64,000 bases of DNA from Lepidodermella squamata (Eukaryota; Animalia; Gastrotricha). The DNA is taken from positions 1,860,001 through 1,924,000 of the forward strand of contig JBLDXI010000029.1 in the NCBI GenBank assembly GCA_047495785.1, read 5' to 3'. Made by a program: the position numbers and the translations under genes. Position 1 is the stretch's first letter, and the number at the start of each line of letters is the position of its first letter. Shown in pieces: positions 36,377-49,387 of the stretch. The notes below the pieces were generated by a model. It worked only from the letters and a program-made list of their open reading frames with translations. It searched no databases and had not been told where the DNA came from.

Positions 36377-36383
36377 TATAAAT
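36377..36383 (+). promoter_or_regulatory. Putative TATA box of the small secreted peptide gene
   Basis: TATAAAT about 70 bp upstream of ATG 36450. Confidence 0.35.
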
Positions 36384-36449
36384 CTATCAGTGCTCAGCGA
36401 AAACCCTTTCAGGTTTACACATTCGAATCAACTTTTTGACTACACCACG

Positions 36450-36903
36450 ATGAAAAGACCTGCTCTCGGTACATTTTAAGTCTGCTTTGATTTGACGAAA
36501 TCTGCATTTCCGTCATGATAATTCTTCTTGATTAAACCGCAGTTTTGATTTGCTTCTCCGCCATTATTGTCACCGTCATGGGTGATGAAGGTGATGAAGG
36601 CGAGACCAAGTGTTCCCATGAAATTCGTGCATTGGTTCAGTAAGCACATTTTTTATTTTGTTTATAAAATATCACAAAATAATTAAAAAGGAGAGTGTGC
36701 AATGGGGATGAAGTCTGCCTGATCAACGTAACTACCCAATGTAATGATTTTGGTACATCAAACGACTGTACATCAGCAATGGCCTGCGCGTAAGTTGCTC
36801 CTCGCACAACCGATGAGCATGAATATGTTTAATAATATTTCGTTTATGTTGTTTTGCACTGGTAACTTGTAGAAAACGTTTTGCGGCTTCTAACAGCGGG
36901 TAA
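36450..36903 (+). CDS. Small secreted six-cysteine peptide, 81 aa, 4 exons: 36450-36468, 36543-36639, 36691-36789, 36873-36903
   Basis: Three GT-AG introns (74, 51, 83 bp) splice to MKRPALVLICFSAIIVTVMGDEGDEGETKCSHEIRALVQRVCNGDEVCLINVTTQCNDFGTSNDCTSAMACAKRFAASNSG*, with a classical signal peptide and six mature Cys. If intron 3 is retained the protein ends ...MACA*. Confidence 0.72.
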
Positions 36904-37880
36904 ATTCAGAATTGCTGGGACCAAAGCGCTCCAAGCCATCAAACCAGCATTCCCCATCGGTTGTCCCGAAAAAACTGTAAGAATCGATAGTTATAAAAGC
37001 CTGATCGATGCGCTTGAAAATCAATAATGTGGATGCTTATCACGTGCTTATTACACGATGTCGTATCGTCTAAGGCAATTTCTTCCAATAGCCGATTGAG
37101 ATATCTCAATGAGCAATCCGAATTGTTCCCAACGTCATTTTCAGTTATTTTAATCAGTTTTTAAACTTTGGAAACCAAGCAAGATTACAGAATAACCCTT
37201 TGCCTATCCAGCAGAGCCCACTTTCCCTAATACTTTGTTCCGTATCTGCGTGTTTTATGAGTTTTTAAAAAGCTAACGTATTTTCACAGTAACTGTCTTC
37301 TGGCCTTCTGGGTCCATTAAAACTCTTTATTAATCAATTAGCAGTCGGGCTCTTAACTACATAACTTATCTTAATCTTGACTACATACTCTTAACTAAGC
37401 ACTTAACTATATTGTGATCATGATATAAAATAAAAATAGCAGCCTGCTGCAATATCGAAAATGATATTTATTAAAAATGTCGGTAAAGAAAAAGCTGAAT
37501 GTGAACAATTAATATAGCGTTCCTGGAACCTTACTGGCGCGCTTTCGTGGCTTCAAATATATGTGGATTAAGTAATATTATGCGGATCCATCAAATTTAA
37601 TGAAATTTAGAATAGATTGGATAAGTGTAGTGAACGAACGAAATTATGTTCCCAAACGATTTCATGCGTAAACCTTCAACCTTCTAAAACATTATATTTC
37701 ACTGTCACATGTGGTGTGTATAACAAGAGGTGCTCGCAGACGAATTTTTCATTGGCGAGTGTGGCGGTGCTTCGCAGGGCAATGTCATAAAAACGTTTAA
37801 CTATTTCTAGCATAATAAGTTGAAAGCGATAAGTCTTTCAATCCTTACGATAGGTCATAAGCGATAGGTCATTCACTCCT

Positions 37881-40339
37881 TCACCAAACCGTACACTTCA
37901 CAGGTGGGTTCAACGCACTGCTTGCCGGGCAACTGAAAGCGGCTGAGAACTCTGCCATATCAGAAACCGTGCCGAGAACTCGATAAAGATTAGGCGTATG
38001 AGGATCCTTCCCTTCGATCAGATCATCAATACTTTTCCTATCGAATTTCTCGCACCACGACTGCCCGTATGAAATGAAGAACAGCTGTTCGGGAGAGTAG
38101 TCTAAGCCATCGATTCTCCGTTCATCCTTGCTGTCCCTAAACGCTCGATAAGCCGCTCGTAGGCCACTGTTATCGCCAATGTTTTCACCAAGGGTCTTCT
38201 TGCCGTTAACATAAATTACGCCATCGTACGAAAACTTCGAATATTGATCAACTAAGCATTGGGCCCGAGTTTCAAAGGCTTTCCTGCTCGACGGGGTCCA
38301 CCAATTGCGACGATTCCCGTCCTTGTCAAACTCACTTCCTTCATTGTCGAAAGCATGCCCAAGTTCATGGCCGATAACAGCCCCGACTGCGCCAAAGTTC
38401 AAGGCGCTTACTGTCTCAGGATACAGGAGAACTTCAATCAGCTGAGCTAGGATGTAGATCTTGTTCAATTGTGGCGAATACACAGCGTTGTACAATACTG
38501 GCATAGCAGGCCATTCCTGAAGCATTTGAATATAGAAAGAAGTGTGCGCAGATGCATATTATTACGTCTCGATTTGGCTTGTCATGAGGAGCTCCTATTC
38601 TCGAGAGCCCAAATCGATAAATGAGCTCAAGATTGATAGAGTAGTCATCCGTAACATTTAACCCATTGTACCGCTCATCTATCAAGCTTGCATCCGAAAA
38701 CCAAGGTGGAAAAGCAACGTTGTAACCAATCGCATCAACCTTGTAAAAAAATAATAAGTAAATGTACCAAAGAATGTAGGTACTGCCCCACCTTGGTCAA
38801 AGCGTTCTGCCTAGTTTCATCGTCAAGCCAGTTCGCGGATTGAATCAGCTCTCGGAAGGAGGAGATCATTGTTTTGGTCATTTTTGTTACCTATCATATC
38901 ATATATAGTAAGGCAAAAGGTAAGGGCGGCTGGAAACTTACTTCGACACCGTGTTCATTATTGAAATTGTTGTTCACGTAGAGAGCTGACAAGAGCATAC
39001 CTATGCTCGGGTCGTCTAGCATTCCATTCAAGCAAGCTAAATCTGCATCGTCATCGTTCGGTGCCTTCAGGACGACCGAATAGTAATCGACTAGAGTTGC
39101 AACAACTATGAAGTTATGAACGGCTTTTCGGCCCTTTGGATTTTGAAGCATTTCTTCAACTTTCTTCAATATGTTGATCATCAAATCGAATTGGTAGATA
39201 TCAACAGGATCTTCAGGTTTGATGTCTACAGTTTTTCCGCCTTTTACGTGAATTGTGAAGAATTGTTGGAAATAAGCGAGCCAGTTCATAATAGGAACTT
39301 GCTGTTGGAGCCATGAAATACTTTTCAATTCGGAACCCGAGCTGAAGACTTTTCTTAGACCCTCCGGTTGAGATTCCGAGCTAACAACGCGCGCGACCTC
39401 GTAAACGTCGGTTTTAACGCCACTATCTAGCTCTCCGACCGCTTGCAAGACGATCCCAACTGCATCCCAGATTTCCGAACTGATATTTCTGATAGGTTCG
39501 AGATGGATAACGTTATCCTTGAGTACATTCTCTGGATTGGCGACAACCTGAAACTCCTAATCAATACCGGGAATCACATAAAAAGGAGAGCTTACATTGA
39601 GTTGAAAAATTCCATTTGTTGAAAAGTAGTCCCTTTTCATCAGCAGGCCTTGAAGACTCCAATCGGCTGGTATCTGAGACTCGTCATTTATAAACCCTCC
39701 TAGAGTCGAGATGATATGTTTCAAACTCCCAACCCCATTTTCTGGATTCCAAAGTGTGCAAGTTTTGAAGTGTTTTCTTGCTTTTCCAAAGGCCACTGGT
39801 TCGCCCGGTTTAGATTCTGCTTTCAGCAGCAGTATAATCTTTTCTTTGACCTCATACAACACGCCTTTAGAGTCCCCGGTGAGAGCTTTGCTAGATCTGC
39901 CTTTCCAGTTGCCGCAAGCGAATTGGTAGAAATTATCACATGGATTGACACTCACATTAATGTTGCTCTTCAACTTCTGCCCAGCTTTACGGCAGCTTTC
40001 GGAATCGCAAACCTCATCATCAGCTTCGACTGGTCGTTCGTACCTTACGACTGACGCGGGGTATAATATGAAAGACCTTTCATTTGCAATTCTTCCGGAG
40101 TTGGGATTGTGCTGTTTTGCCAGCAGCTGCTCCCGAATCGAAATAGCGAGAATCAATGTAGTGCAGCTTAGGATGAAACCGATCAAGACAAACAAGCAAA
40201 GCATGGGCTTCTTCGATTTCTGCTTGCCAGTTAACACTTGAGAAACCCAAGGGTGTAAAAGAATGTTTCATCACCATTTGACAAATAACCACCTACCCGA
40301 TGTTTCGTCCGGTTCGCATGTTGCTGAATACGCTCCCAT
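37881..40339 (-). CDS. M13 family peptidase paralog 3, 6 exons, apparently intact
   Basis: ATG 40339, TM anchor, VNPCDNFYQFACG, NAVY, HELGH, GENIGD, KCTVW; introns at the same positions as in paralogs 1 and 2. Confidence 0.9.
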
Positions 40340-40920
40340 ATTGTCTTGCTGGATAGGTGGAAATATTCGAGCTAATTTGATAACTTGAATGTGTGTCTCT
40401 TTCAACGGGGGTAATAACGAGTTACGCATGCGCTTTACGTTTTAATGCGGCTGCAGGATTTGGCTAAAATATCTCTGTCTGATGAGAATAATTATGATGA
40501 TATGTGGTAAGCCCTAAACCCCTCCGTTTGCTCTATTTCTGAGTCTCCTGTTATTCTATCATATAATTTTAGAATTAATACTTCGCTGTCATGTTTAAGA
40601 GTTTCTTTCCGCTGATGTTACAGAGGTCTGTAATCTACAATGCAAAGTGCCTCGAGCTTCGAGCTTCGTTTGAGAAGCATTTTACGTGAGTCTCACACCG
40701 ATTATGCATTTCGAATTCTGTGTGCATGGCCTTGACCTCGTTGAAGAAGCGCACTAAACTATACAACCCATATGGGTATCTTGCAAGATTGAATGCACAT
40801 CGAAAAACAGAAGTACAGAAGTTTTATTCAAAGAACTTTTAAATCAAATTTCTTTTTCAAAATCCGAGAATATCATGCGAAGAAAATGGCCAAATATGAG
40901 TTTTTACCAGCAGATCACAC

Positions 40921-41995
40921 TTAGATGCGCTCGCACAGACCGGCATATACACCGGCTCCTTTGCAGGTCGTTCGAACGATTTTACCTTGATCAAGGATCA
41001 CACCTGCAAATGTTAAATCAACATGATTTAAAACATTGTTACAGTTATATCTAATTACAATGAAAAGCATCGTCGGGCGAGTCTGTAAAATTGAGAAAGG
41101 TACTATTGAATGGCTCTCCCGTTACCCAGGAATACTCAGCCAAATCCGAGCGTTTAGCACCGATCCAGAGTCGCCCGCCGTACCCAGCCACAAATGTTCG
41201 AGCCGCATTGTAGGTAGCTATACTTATCTTTGATTACAGCCAAGGATTTGCCGAGAGCTATGCATAGTCGGCTGCCTTAGGGGCCCTGTGGTATTAGTGC
41301 GCTGCATCTCAGCCAATGTCTGGATTATAGCATCATTTCAATCGCATTTGGATCAATGGGAAAGCCTGAACTTACAGCGCCCGCACAAAGACCAGGCCTG
41401 GTCGTTTCTCAGTTAGCATCGACAAAGCCCACGTCATCGATGCTCATACCTGTAAATCAAAACGAAAAGCAGCAGAAAATTTTATTCCATTTATCTTGAC
41501 CACTTCAATTTGACACCAAATCGCAAATCATTGCCTGAAATTACAAAATAGGAAAAACTAACACGGGCCGGTGGCAAACGGGCTGTTCGGCGCCCAAAAT
41601 GGTGAATTTATATCGACGAGCTGATTTACATCGTCCCATTTGAAGCTGGCCACGAGTCCGATATACGCCACAGTTGAGCCGAGAACTTGTTTAGCTGCTT
41701 CTAGATCGGCCGGGGTGCGGATTGTCGCCAGTTGTCCGCTCTCGTTTCGGCAGGCCAGTAATTGCGGCCGGAAGTAGTCCTTAGGTACCGACGACAGGAA
41801 ATAGCGATTCAAATCACGCTGACAGGCAGCGTAATTTTCAGCAAATTTCGTCGAATTCGAGTCCAATTTCACCTAATTTTCAAGCATTTAAATTTCGATA
41901 GAGGGACTAGTATTGGCTCACGATAGTAGTTCCGCTTGGGCGAATGTTGTAGCATTTCTTGCCGGCAGGAGTATCGCATTGTACAGCATTCTACA
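40921..41995 (-). pseudogene. C-type lectin domain gene (two CTLD-like units), apparently degenerate
   Basis: Exon-like segments translate to ACRNESGQLATIRT..VAYIGL..FKWDD..FWAPNSP, CIALGKSLAVIKD / RLWIGAKRS..YSWVTGEP and C....YAGLCERI*. There is a frameshift near 41225, stops between segments and no clear in-frame ATG. Confidence 0.6.
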
Positions 41996-43563
41996 TATTG
42001 AAGATTACGATTGACAAGATGGGATGAATTAGTTCAAAAGCCTTTAATAGCTGTTCAGGAGGAGACTAAACCTAGAGAGCGTAGTGATCACTAGATAAAA
42101 TTCAAGAGGTCATGGATTTTAAGTTTTGAAAAAGACTAAGAAAATCTCAGTGAATAGTCGTTCATTCATTACCAAGATGAGCAGCTGGCTTTTTTTCTGT
42201 ACACTTCGCTAGAAATCGTCGGTGTCATTGACAAGGCAGCGGGAAGCGGGAGCTGTTCAGGCGGCAAGCGGTAAAATCTCGGGTTGCCGCAATGAAACAG
42301 CGGATATGAGGCTTCACTGAGTCAGTATTGGCACATAATGCATGTGCCAATAGCCAATAGCCAATAAGAGGCACATAATTATGTGCCAAGAGCCACACCG
42401 TTTTTATTTTAGCTTCAGCAACACCGTATTCCTTTTCAAAACCGTGGCAATACGAAAGGTGGCACATCAACAATTGAGACACGAAATCTCTCATTAAGTA
42501 TGGCAGTGCCACTATCCGAAAGGCTACTTTATTTATGATGCGGCACGCGTCACAGTGGCAAGGTAAGCTATTTATATGTTCTGGCGAATGGTGATTAATA
42601 AATGTTTCGTAGGCAACGCAGGAAAGTAAGCGTCAATATTATAGAATTTTAAGCACGTTATCTAAGTTCTCTTATATCACGATTCGATATTTGTGGAAGT
42701 TGACAGTTGCGAATCACCAGTCGATAAGCGCTTTTTTGATGGCTTAGAGCGCCTCGGTCCAAGTAACTCTGAATTCATTCGCTGAATGCACGCGCAACGC
42801 GTTTTCTACGTTAAATGAAATATAAAATAGTAATTCCTGTTCAGCGGCGGTGCAAACTTACACGCAGGCCAATGCGGCAATGCAGTCGTCAAACTCATGA
42901 GCATCGCCACATTGGGCAAATATATCCCCCAAGCAGGCATCACTCTCTTGGCACCATCCGCTGTTTGAATATATTTTTTATGTAATTTCAAAAAATACAA
43001 TTTAGTTATAGTTACAGAATCATTTCATGATGCTCTGCAATACACTGATTAAGTTCATTTAAATCCATAGTTGCTGACGCTGTACCCATGAAGATTGCAG
43101 CTGCGCCGAAGAAGAAGAGCAAAACTGCGTTTCAATCACAAAAAAACGTGGCATCATTACTGAAACGCAAATTTTAGCAAATCAAAGCAGATATGAAATT
43201 TACCGATCGTAGATTTGTTCATCGTTGAAGTTATAGGAATCAACAAGTTGATGAGAATGTTTGAAGTGTAAAGTGTAGTATGTGAGCACAGCTTGCAAAA
43301 ACGATGAAAAACAGCTTCAAAGAAGGGGTTTATATCATCACCGGCAATTAGTGTTTTTTGACAGTCGTCCAGGGTTTTGTAAGGTGACATAGCTGCGGGG
43401 TGCAACATGCGGCAATAATGAGTTCGTATCAAGTTTGTTCTCTGTGGTGCATACGCCCATAAAGACATAAAGGACTTGCTGCTAGCCTCAAGAGAATTTC
43501 TGTCTCTTAGTAGCTCGACCGGCATGGCTACACAGAAAAAAGGACAAGAATAATTCATCCCTA

Positions 43564-44473
43564 CGGGGTGGTGATCGTAAGCTCCTTAACCCCACCTTAA
43601 TTCCTCAAGTGCTAAGGTTGGTGATCGAAAGTTAAGGTCGCCCTTATCTTTAACTGTTTTTGCGAAATAAGGTCAACTTAAGTCGAAGTGTGATCGAACG
43701 CTCAAGTTAAGGAAATAAGTAAACATTTTGTACTTTTTAACAATAAGTAAGTGATCGAAAGAAAAAGACGCCTTAAAATGGACTTAAGAAAATAAGTTAA
43801 GGGTTGTCACACCCCTAAGTGTAAGGGACCTCGAGAGGTCCCTCAGCCAACTGGTTGTCGATATTTCACGTGGAAAAACCGGGTTTACCGGGCGTCGAGG
43901 ACTCTATCGTGCCACTGCGGACCTATGCCAAGGCAGTGGTGTCGAGATTTCCTGTAAATTGCGCCAAAATAATTATCGACAATGAAGAAAAGATAAGTTG
44001 GGTGATCGTATCACGATTTTTCTTATCTTAGTGAAAGTTTTAGCGGCTACGGACAGGTGAGCAATCTTGAATTAGTGGAGCATCGCGGAGAAAATATGGG
44101 TTCCGCAATACTAGAAATAAAATAGGATCGATTACAAAGCTTCTAATCTTGACCAATGAAAATATCGGACTGATAATTAGGACACAAATTTGTCTCTAGA
44201 AATCAGGCCATCTTTTGGCATTGTTGCGCAATCACTTAAGGTCACTTTAACTTTGATCACTCAACTTACGAATCTCAGTAAAAAGTTAAGGTTGGTGATA
44301 GAACGGTATCGATATCCGGATAAGGTACGATAACATTCCTTTAAGTGGACCTTAACTAAGGGCGCCTTTGATAAGGTGAGTTTCGATCACACACCAATTT
44401 AAGGTCAACTTAGCAAAGTGAACTTATCTGAAAAGTTACCACTTAAGTTAAGGTCCGTACGATCACCACCCCG
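43564..44473. mobile_element. Non-autonomous DNA transposon, 910 bp, PIF/Harbinger-like MITE
   Basis: Perfect 16-bp TIR CGGGGTGGTGATCGTA / TACGATCACCACCCCG; flanks CTA and TTA (3-bp TSD, one mismatch); many subterminal GTGATCGAA and AAGTTAAGG repeats. The superfamily call is inferred from the TSD only. Confidence 0.8.
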
Positions 44474-44959
44474 TTAATTTAACATTAGCGAGCTTACAAA
44501 CGGCCCTTGTAATTCATGCCCTATTATGCGCTTGGGACTAATCCTGCAAGGGCACTATGTACTAGCTTACCTCTCAATACACCTCACAATAAGAACGCTT
44601 CTGGATGCAAGAAGCAGTCCGAAGAATCGTGATCGTAAAGTCGTTCAAAATCAAAAGAAAAAATTGCGATGTGATGTTTCATAAAAGACCTTCATGCATA
44701 ACCCCCATTAAATCGTGACAACTTAGAGCATCAGCTGTGCGGCGTCTTTTTAGTTTGAAACTACTAAAAACTACATAAAAAAATCATTCAAATTTCACCT
44801 TCATAGAACCCAGTTCCCATGTTCTGGTCGGCTGGTTTTGGATATACCTACGAAAACATTCGAATCTGGGGCAATGCAAAAGATGGAAATTCGGAATGAA
44901 CTATGGCTGGAGTTTTACTTATACAACGTTCAACATTCACAAGAATAAACTGACTCTGT

Positions 44960-47511
44960 TCACCAAACTGAACATTTGTTAGCTGGATTCATCGGGCTGC
45001 CAGCCGGGCAATTGAAAGCCCTGGCAAAAGCATCGGAATTCGCAACTGTGCCAAGTATGCGGAACAAACCCGGAGAATGAGGATCCCCATTTATCCGATT
45101 TGCAATCTCCTGTCTCGAAATGTCTCCGCAATAAAATTGGGCGAATGACAGGAAAAACAACTGCTCTGCAGTAAAATTCACACCTTTAATGCCCCTTGAG
45201 TCATTTGCCGCTTGGAACGCTTGATAAGCCGCTTTTGTGCCGCTATTATCGCCGATATTCTCTCCTAGGGTAAACTTGCCATTCACATAGATCACTCCAT
45301 CGACAGTGAAATTCGAATATTGTTTCACGAGGCATTGAGCACGCTCATCGAAGAGTTTGAGACTCTTATCCGTCCACCAGTTGCGATAGTTACCATTCTC
45401 GTCAAACTTACTGCCTTGGTCGTCAAAAGCGTGACCGATTTCGTGACCAATGATCGAGCCGATTGAGCCGTAGTTGATAGCGGCGATTGTGTCAGGGTAG
45501 AACTGTAAGTCGATAAGGCCTTCCAATATGAAAATCCTATTCAAATTTGACGCATAAGCAGCGTTTACAAAAAAAGGAATCGTGGGCCATATCTACGAAA
45601 AAATCTAAGAGTATTTAGCACCGATACGAGTTTCCTTACATTTCTGTTAGGAATTTCGTGAGGAACATCTCGAATTGAAGATTCAAATCTGTGTTCGTTC
45701 GCCACATTTGTTAGGTAACTATCAGTCACTTCAAGGCTTGCGAACAAGTTGTCGATATAGGTGGCGTTATGAAACCACTCCGGATGAGCGATTTCATACC
45801 GCACAGCATCCAACTGAAACATTGAATAGATGGATATGATGTGATAAGGTAAGAATGACAACCTTAATTAGGGCGTTGTTCTTAGTCACGTTGTCTATCC
45901 AGGTAGATTCAGATATCATCCTTCGAAATTCGGCTAAAATATCTTTCGTCATCCCCTCGACCTGTTGTATGAATAATTCTGAAAATTCGTTGATTAAATT
46001 AATACTTGGAACCTTTTCTGATTGATTTTCATCGTAGTGTGCATTAGTATACATTGCCGCTACTAACATTCCAACATGCGATTCATGGCGTGACATGAAT
46101 GTTAGACATAAATCCTCGCTTGTCGTCAATTCAGTATCGCCATACAACACGGCTTCGCCGTACTGAGCCAATACCAGAGTTATCAAATAATTTTTCAGAG
46201 CCTTCCTACCGCCAGGTGTTTTGTTGAGTATTTGAAGAGCTCCGAATATCCTACCCATATAGCTGCCACCAAAAATTACAACCTCGTCCTCCGAGTTAAT
46301 AGTAACGGGCTCCGATTCGGAAAAATAGAACTGCAGATACTGTTTCCAATCCAATACTGGAGCCCAGCTCTGCAGCCAAGCAACATCTTTCAGCTCGAAT
46401 CCAATCGCCAGGCCCGATTGGGCCTCCATTCGTTGGAGATTATGGTAAATTTGCTCCTCACTCTTCGAGGTCTGCAACAACAAGCTAACCATGCTCACAT
46501 CAGCGAGAACATCTTCGTTGGAAAACTCGATGAAATCGAAAACCTTAACCGCTGCGTCTACGATTAACTTTCGAGCGATAGGAATCGGCGTTATAGTGAT
46601 CGAGTTTCGCCTCAAAACATCCTTTGGATTCGCCTCGGCCTGGCAAAAATCATATAACAGCGCTTATAATGGCAAGTATTGCTTACTTCTATTTTGAATA
46701 ACCCAATCGACGTGTACTTGTCTAGCTTTTTGAGCAGGGTGAGCAAATCAAGGCCGTCCTTCATTGACGATGGCGAGGTAGCAAAACCTCCCATATCTGC
46801 CAGAATATCTTTCAAAAACTTGACATTTTCTTCTTTCTGGGTTTTGACGCAGGCTGCAAAGTAGCGTCGAGCTTTCCCGAAGGCTTTTGGCTCGCCAGGG
46901 CTGGGCTCACCTTTCAGAATCGAAATAATCTTGTCAGACACATTCCGCTGAATGCTGGTCCATTTTTGGATGTAGCTCATTCGGCTGCGCGATAAGTCGT
47001 AATCCGGGAAGGGTATGTCCGATTTCCAGTTACCACAGGTGAATTGGTGGAAATCTTCGCATGGACTTACTGAAGTGTCCATATTCTTCAAAATCTTCTC
47101 ACCGGCAGCGATACAGCTCTTGGTTGAGCAGCTATTGCCCTCATCGGCGCCGGAGTCGGATAGTGAACTAGGTAGATTGCTCAGCATTTCAAATAGTGCG
47201 GGATCATAATCTCCATCTACGTATTTCATGAACCCGAGCCGATCATCCGGAGTGCGATAGTGGTGCTTTGGTGAAGGACGCTCCAATTCTATTTTATCCG
47301 GTGAATCCTCTATTTCAACCATGGTAACCGCGGCAATAATAACTACTGTGATGACGATTACGCAACAAATGCATGCACAGCATTTTCCGCAACCTGAGCT
47401 GCTTGACCGCTGCGACAACAACGCTTAAGAAAAAATCCTTTAAGCAAGGCGTGGAAAAGTGGGCCTCAACTCACGAGCGATTTCATCGGCATTTGGAATC
47501 GATTGGGACAT
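44960..47511 (-). CDS. M13 family peptidase paralog 4, 6 exons, apparently intact
   Basis: ATG 47511, Cys-rich juxtamembrane segment (GCGKCCACICC) plus TM, VSPCEDFHQFTCG, VNAAY, HEIGH, GENIGD, CPAGSPMNP..KCSVW. Confidence 0.9.
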
Positions 47512-48508
47512 TTTAACCAGCGTGATATTAATAGAAAATACCTCACTGTCCCATCGATCTCTCTTAATGCTATTCCAATTTTTTATTTCCAAGGCGAGAC
47601 TTTTTATGTGTCGAAGCTTGATTTCGCAATGATGCATTCAACCAAAACAGCAAACAATAAAACAACGTCTGAAACTTCAGTAAGGCTCGCAACCAAAATT
47701 GATGATGATTTCCTCGTTTATTGAGCCGCATTCTGGTGATGTACCAAGAATCTCCAAGAATGGTGGTTTCTCCAGAAAACCCAACAGCTAAAATTAGGAA
47801 AATCAAGGTGTACATCATGACGCTTTGCTTTTAGAATTTAGAGCTCTTTCCAGTTCCTCTTATCAGCGGCGTCTGAACCGCAATTTACATATCGTTATTA
47901 GATATTATGTAAGTAAATACAATGAAAAATGAAAATATCTATCAAGGGACACACCAAGCGCTATTTGGTACAGGTTTTATACAGGATCTCCAATATGTCG
48001 TTCCTTTCGTTCGTTCGAGGGCCGAATTTGAAAGCTTCATTGCAACCTGCAGAAGATTTTTTATTCATTCACTCGTTTCAGGGTCATAACATCCAGGCTG
48101 ATTTAAAAATCTTTTTTTTCAACCTCAATCATCGGAGAAATTCCCTTCTTAAGTTTTTTGAAGACTGTGCATACGGCGTGTCCAACTTTTTCTGGTGTGG
48201 AAAAGTAGAGCGCAACCAGTGCATCAATGTTATTCTCATTACAGCGATATCTTTTGTCGCTCCCAGATCGCTTTCCCATCTGCTCATCATTATTCCAATT
48301 CACATGTCGCATGTCACGGAGATATGGGTTGGTGTTCAATACACACTGGCGGCATTTCAAGCCAATTTTTATATTTGTATGGTATAACATGAGTAAAGAG
48401 TTCAATTCTGTAAGGAGCCGACCGAGATTTACGAATCGAAACGAGCCGGAGGCGAGTTGCGATGAGTAAATCGAGTGCGGCGAGTTCAGATATGAACGAT
48501 TTACGAAT

Positions 48509-48579
48509 GTTATACCGTAAAATATCGAATTGTCAAAGCTACTCGACCTATATTTCTGGGGACAATTCTATATTTATTG
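48509..48579 (+). repeat. Dispersed repeat, copy 2 (matches 4086-4156)
   Basis: About 70-bp match with few mismatches to 4086-4156; no opposite end found in the window. Confidence 0.7.
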
Positions 48580-48850
48580 TATTTAAATATATTTAACTTG
48601 TTTTTAATAAAGTCGCGAAAATAAATAAAAACGCGTGATGGCTTTGATGCTGCAATGTATGACCACTTTGTAGGTACTCGACGTAGGGCGGGATTGATGT
48701 GGAACTTCTTTAGGGCTGGCAGACAGCGTTCAAAATCCCGCGTTGACGAGGGGAAATTGAAACAGGAACGGTGTGCAAACGAAAACGGCAAACGTGAAGC
48801 GGTCTTCTATGATTTCTTAAATGTTGTGAATGGCGACAGTACAGGCATCA

Positions 48851-49387
48851 TCAGCATGAGTGGGCTGGAGTTCCGCGGACGTCCATTTCGTTCATCACAC
48901 GGCACGCACTGCAATGAGGGCAACAATACCAACAAAACGCTTCTTCGCAGAGACTCTGCAATAGAGAATGCATCCAATTGAATATTAAAATCAAATACAA
49001 TGGATAAGTATTTCGACTACTTGCCTCTACTCTCTTTTATTTATACAGTGAGGTGAAAATCGGGGAGAATGATACCCTCTGTTCGAAATTATACGGGAAG
49101 AGATAATTCAACAACTTTCCTACCTGTTTCACGTGATATAGGGAGCGGAAACGCGTTGATATCGGCTGCCAAATACAACACCAGGGCAGGCAACAAGTCT
49201 CGCCAATACGTGTTGCGGCACAGCTCATAAGTATCACTGGGCAAAAACAACCTACGCATCCATGCTTACAGCTGCGGCAACAGTCGGAACAGCCCACTTC
49301 GTACGGGGTTTCGAGGTTAGTATCCACAGGCGGTTGTGCTGGTGGTCTAGGAGCGGGTTGAGTTGTAACTGCTGCAACCTGAGACAT
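48851..49387 (-). CDS. PLAC8/cornifelin-like Cys-rich protein, 2 exons (49387-49124, 48955-48851)
   Basis: VTTQP N-terminus, GCSDCC..C..GCFCP, GETCCLP, RFRSLYHV, and second exon SLCEEAFCWYCCPHCSACRVMNEMDVRG. Confidence 0.85.

Noticed and set aside
43564-44473. CRISPR-like or regularly spaced repeat array
   Set aside because: Motifs are short, irregularly spaced and bounded by TIRs; eukaryotic context with no cas genes.
47570-47818. 82-aa ORF with signal-peptide-like start (MMYTLIFLILAVGFSG)
   Set aside because: No convincing splice model, motif or paralog; hydrophobic starts are common by chance in AT-rich DNA. Not excluded, but unsupported.
47929-48469. Overlapping 65-152 aa ORFs next to the dispersed repeat
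   Set aside because: No recognisable domain or splice structure; possibly decayed mobile DNA.
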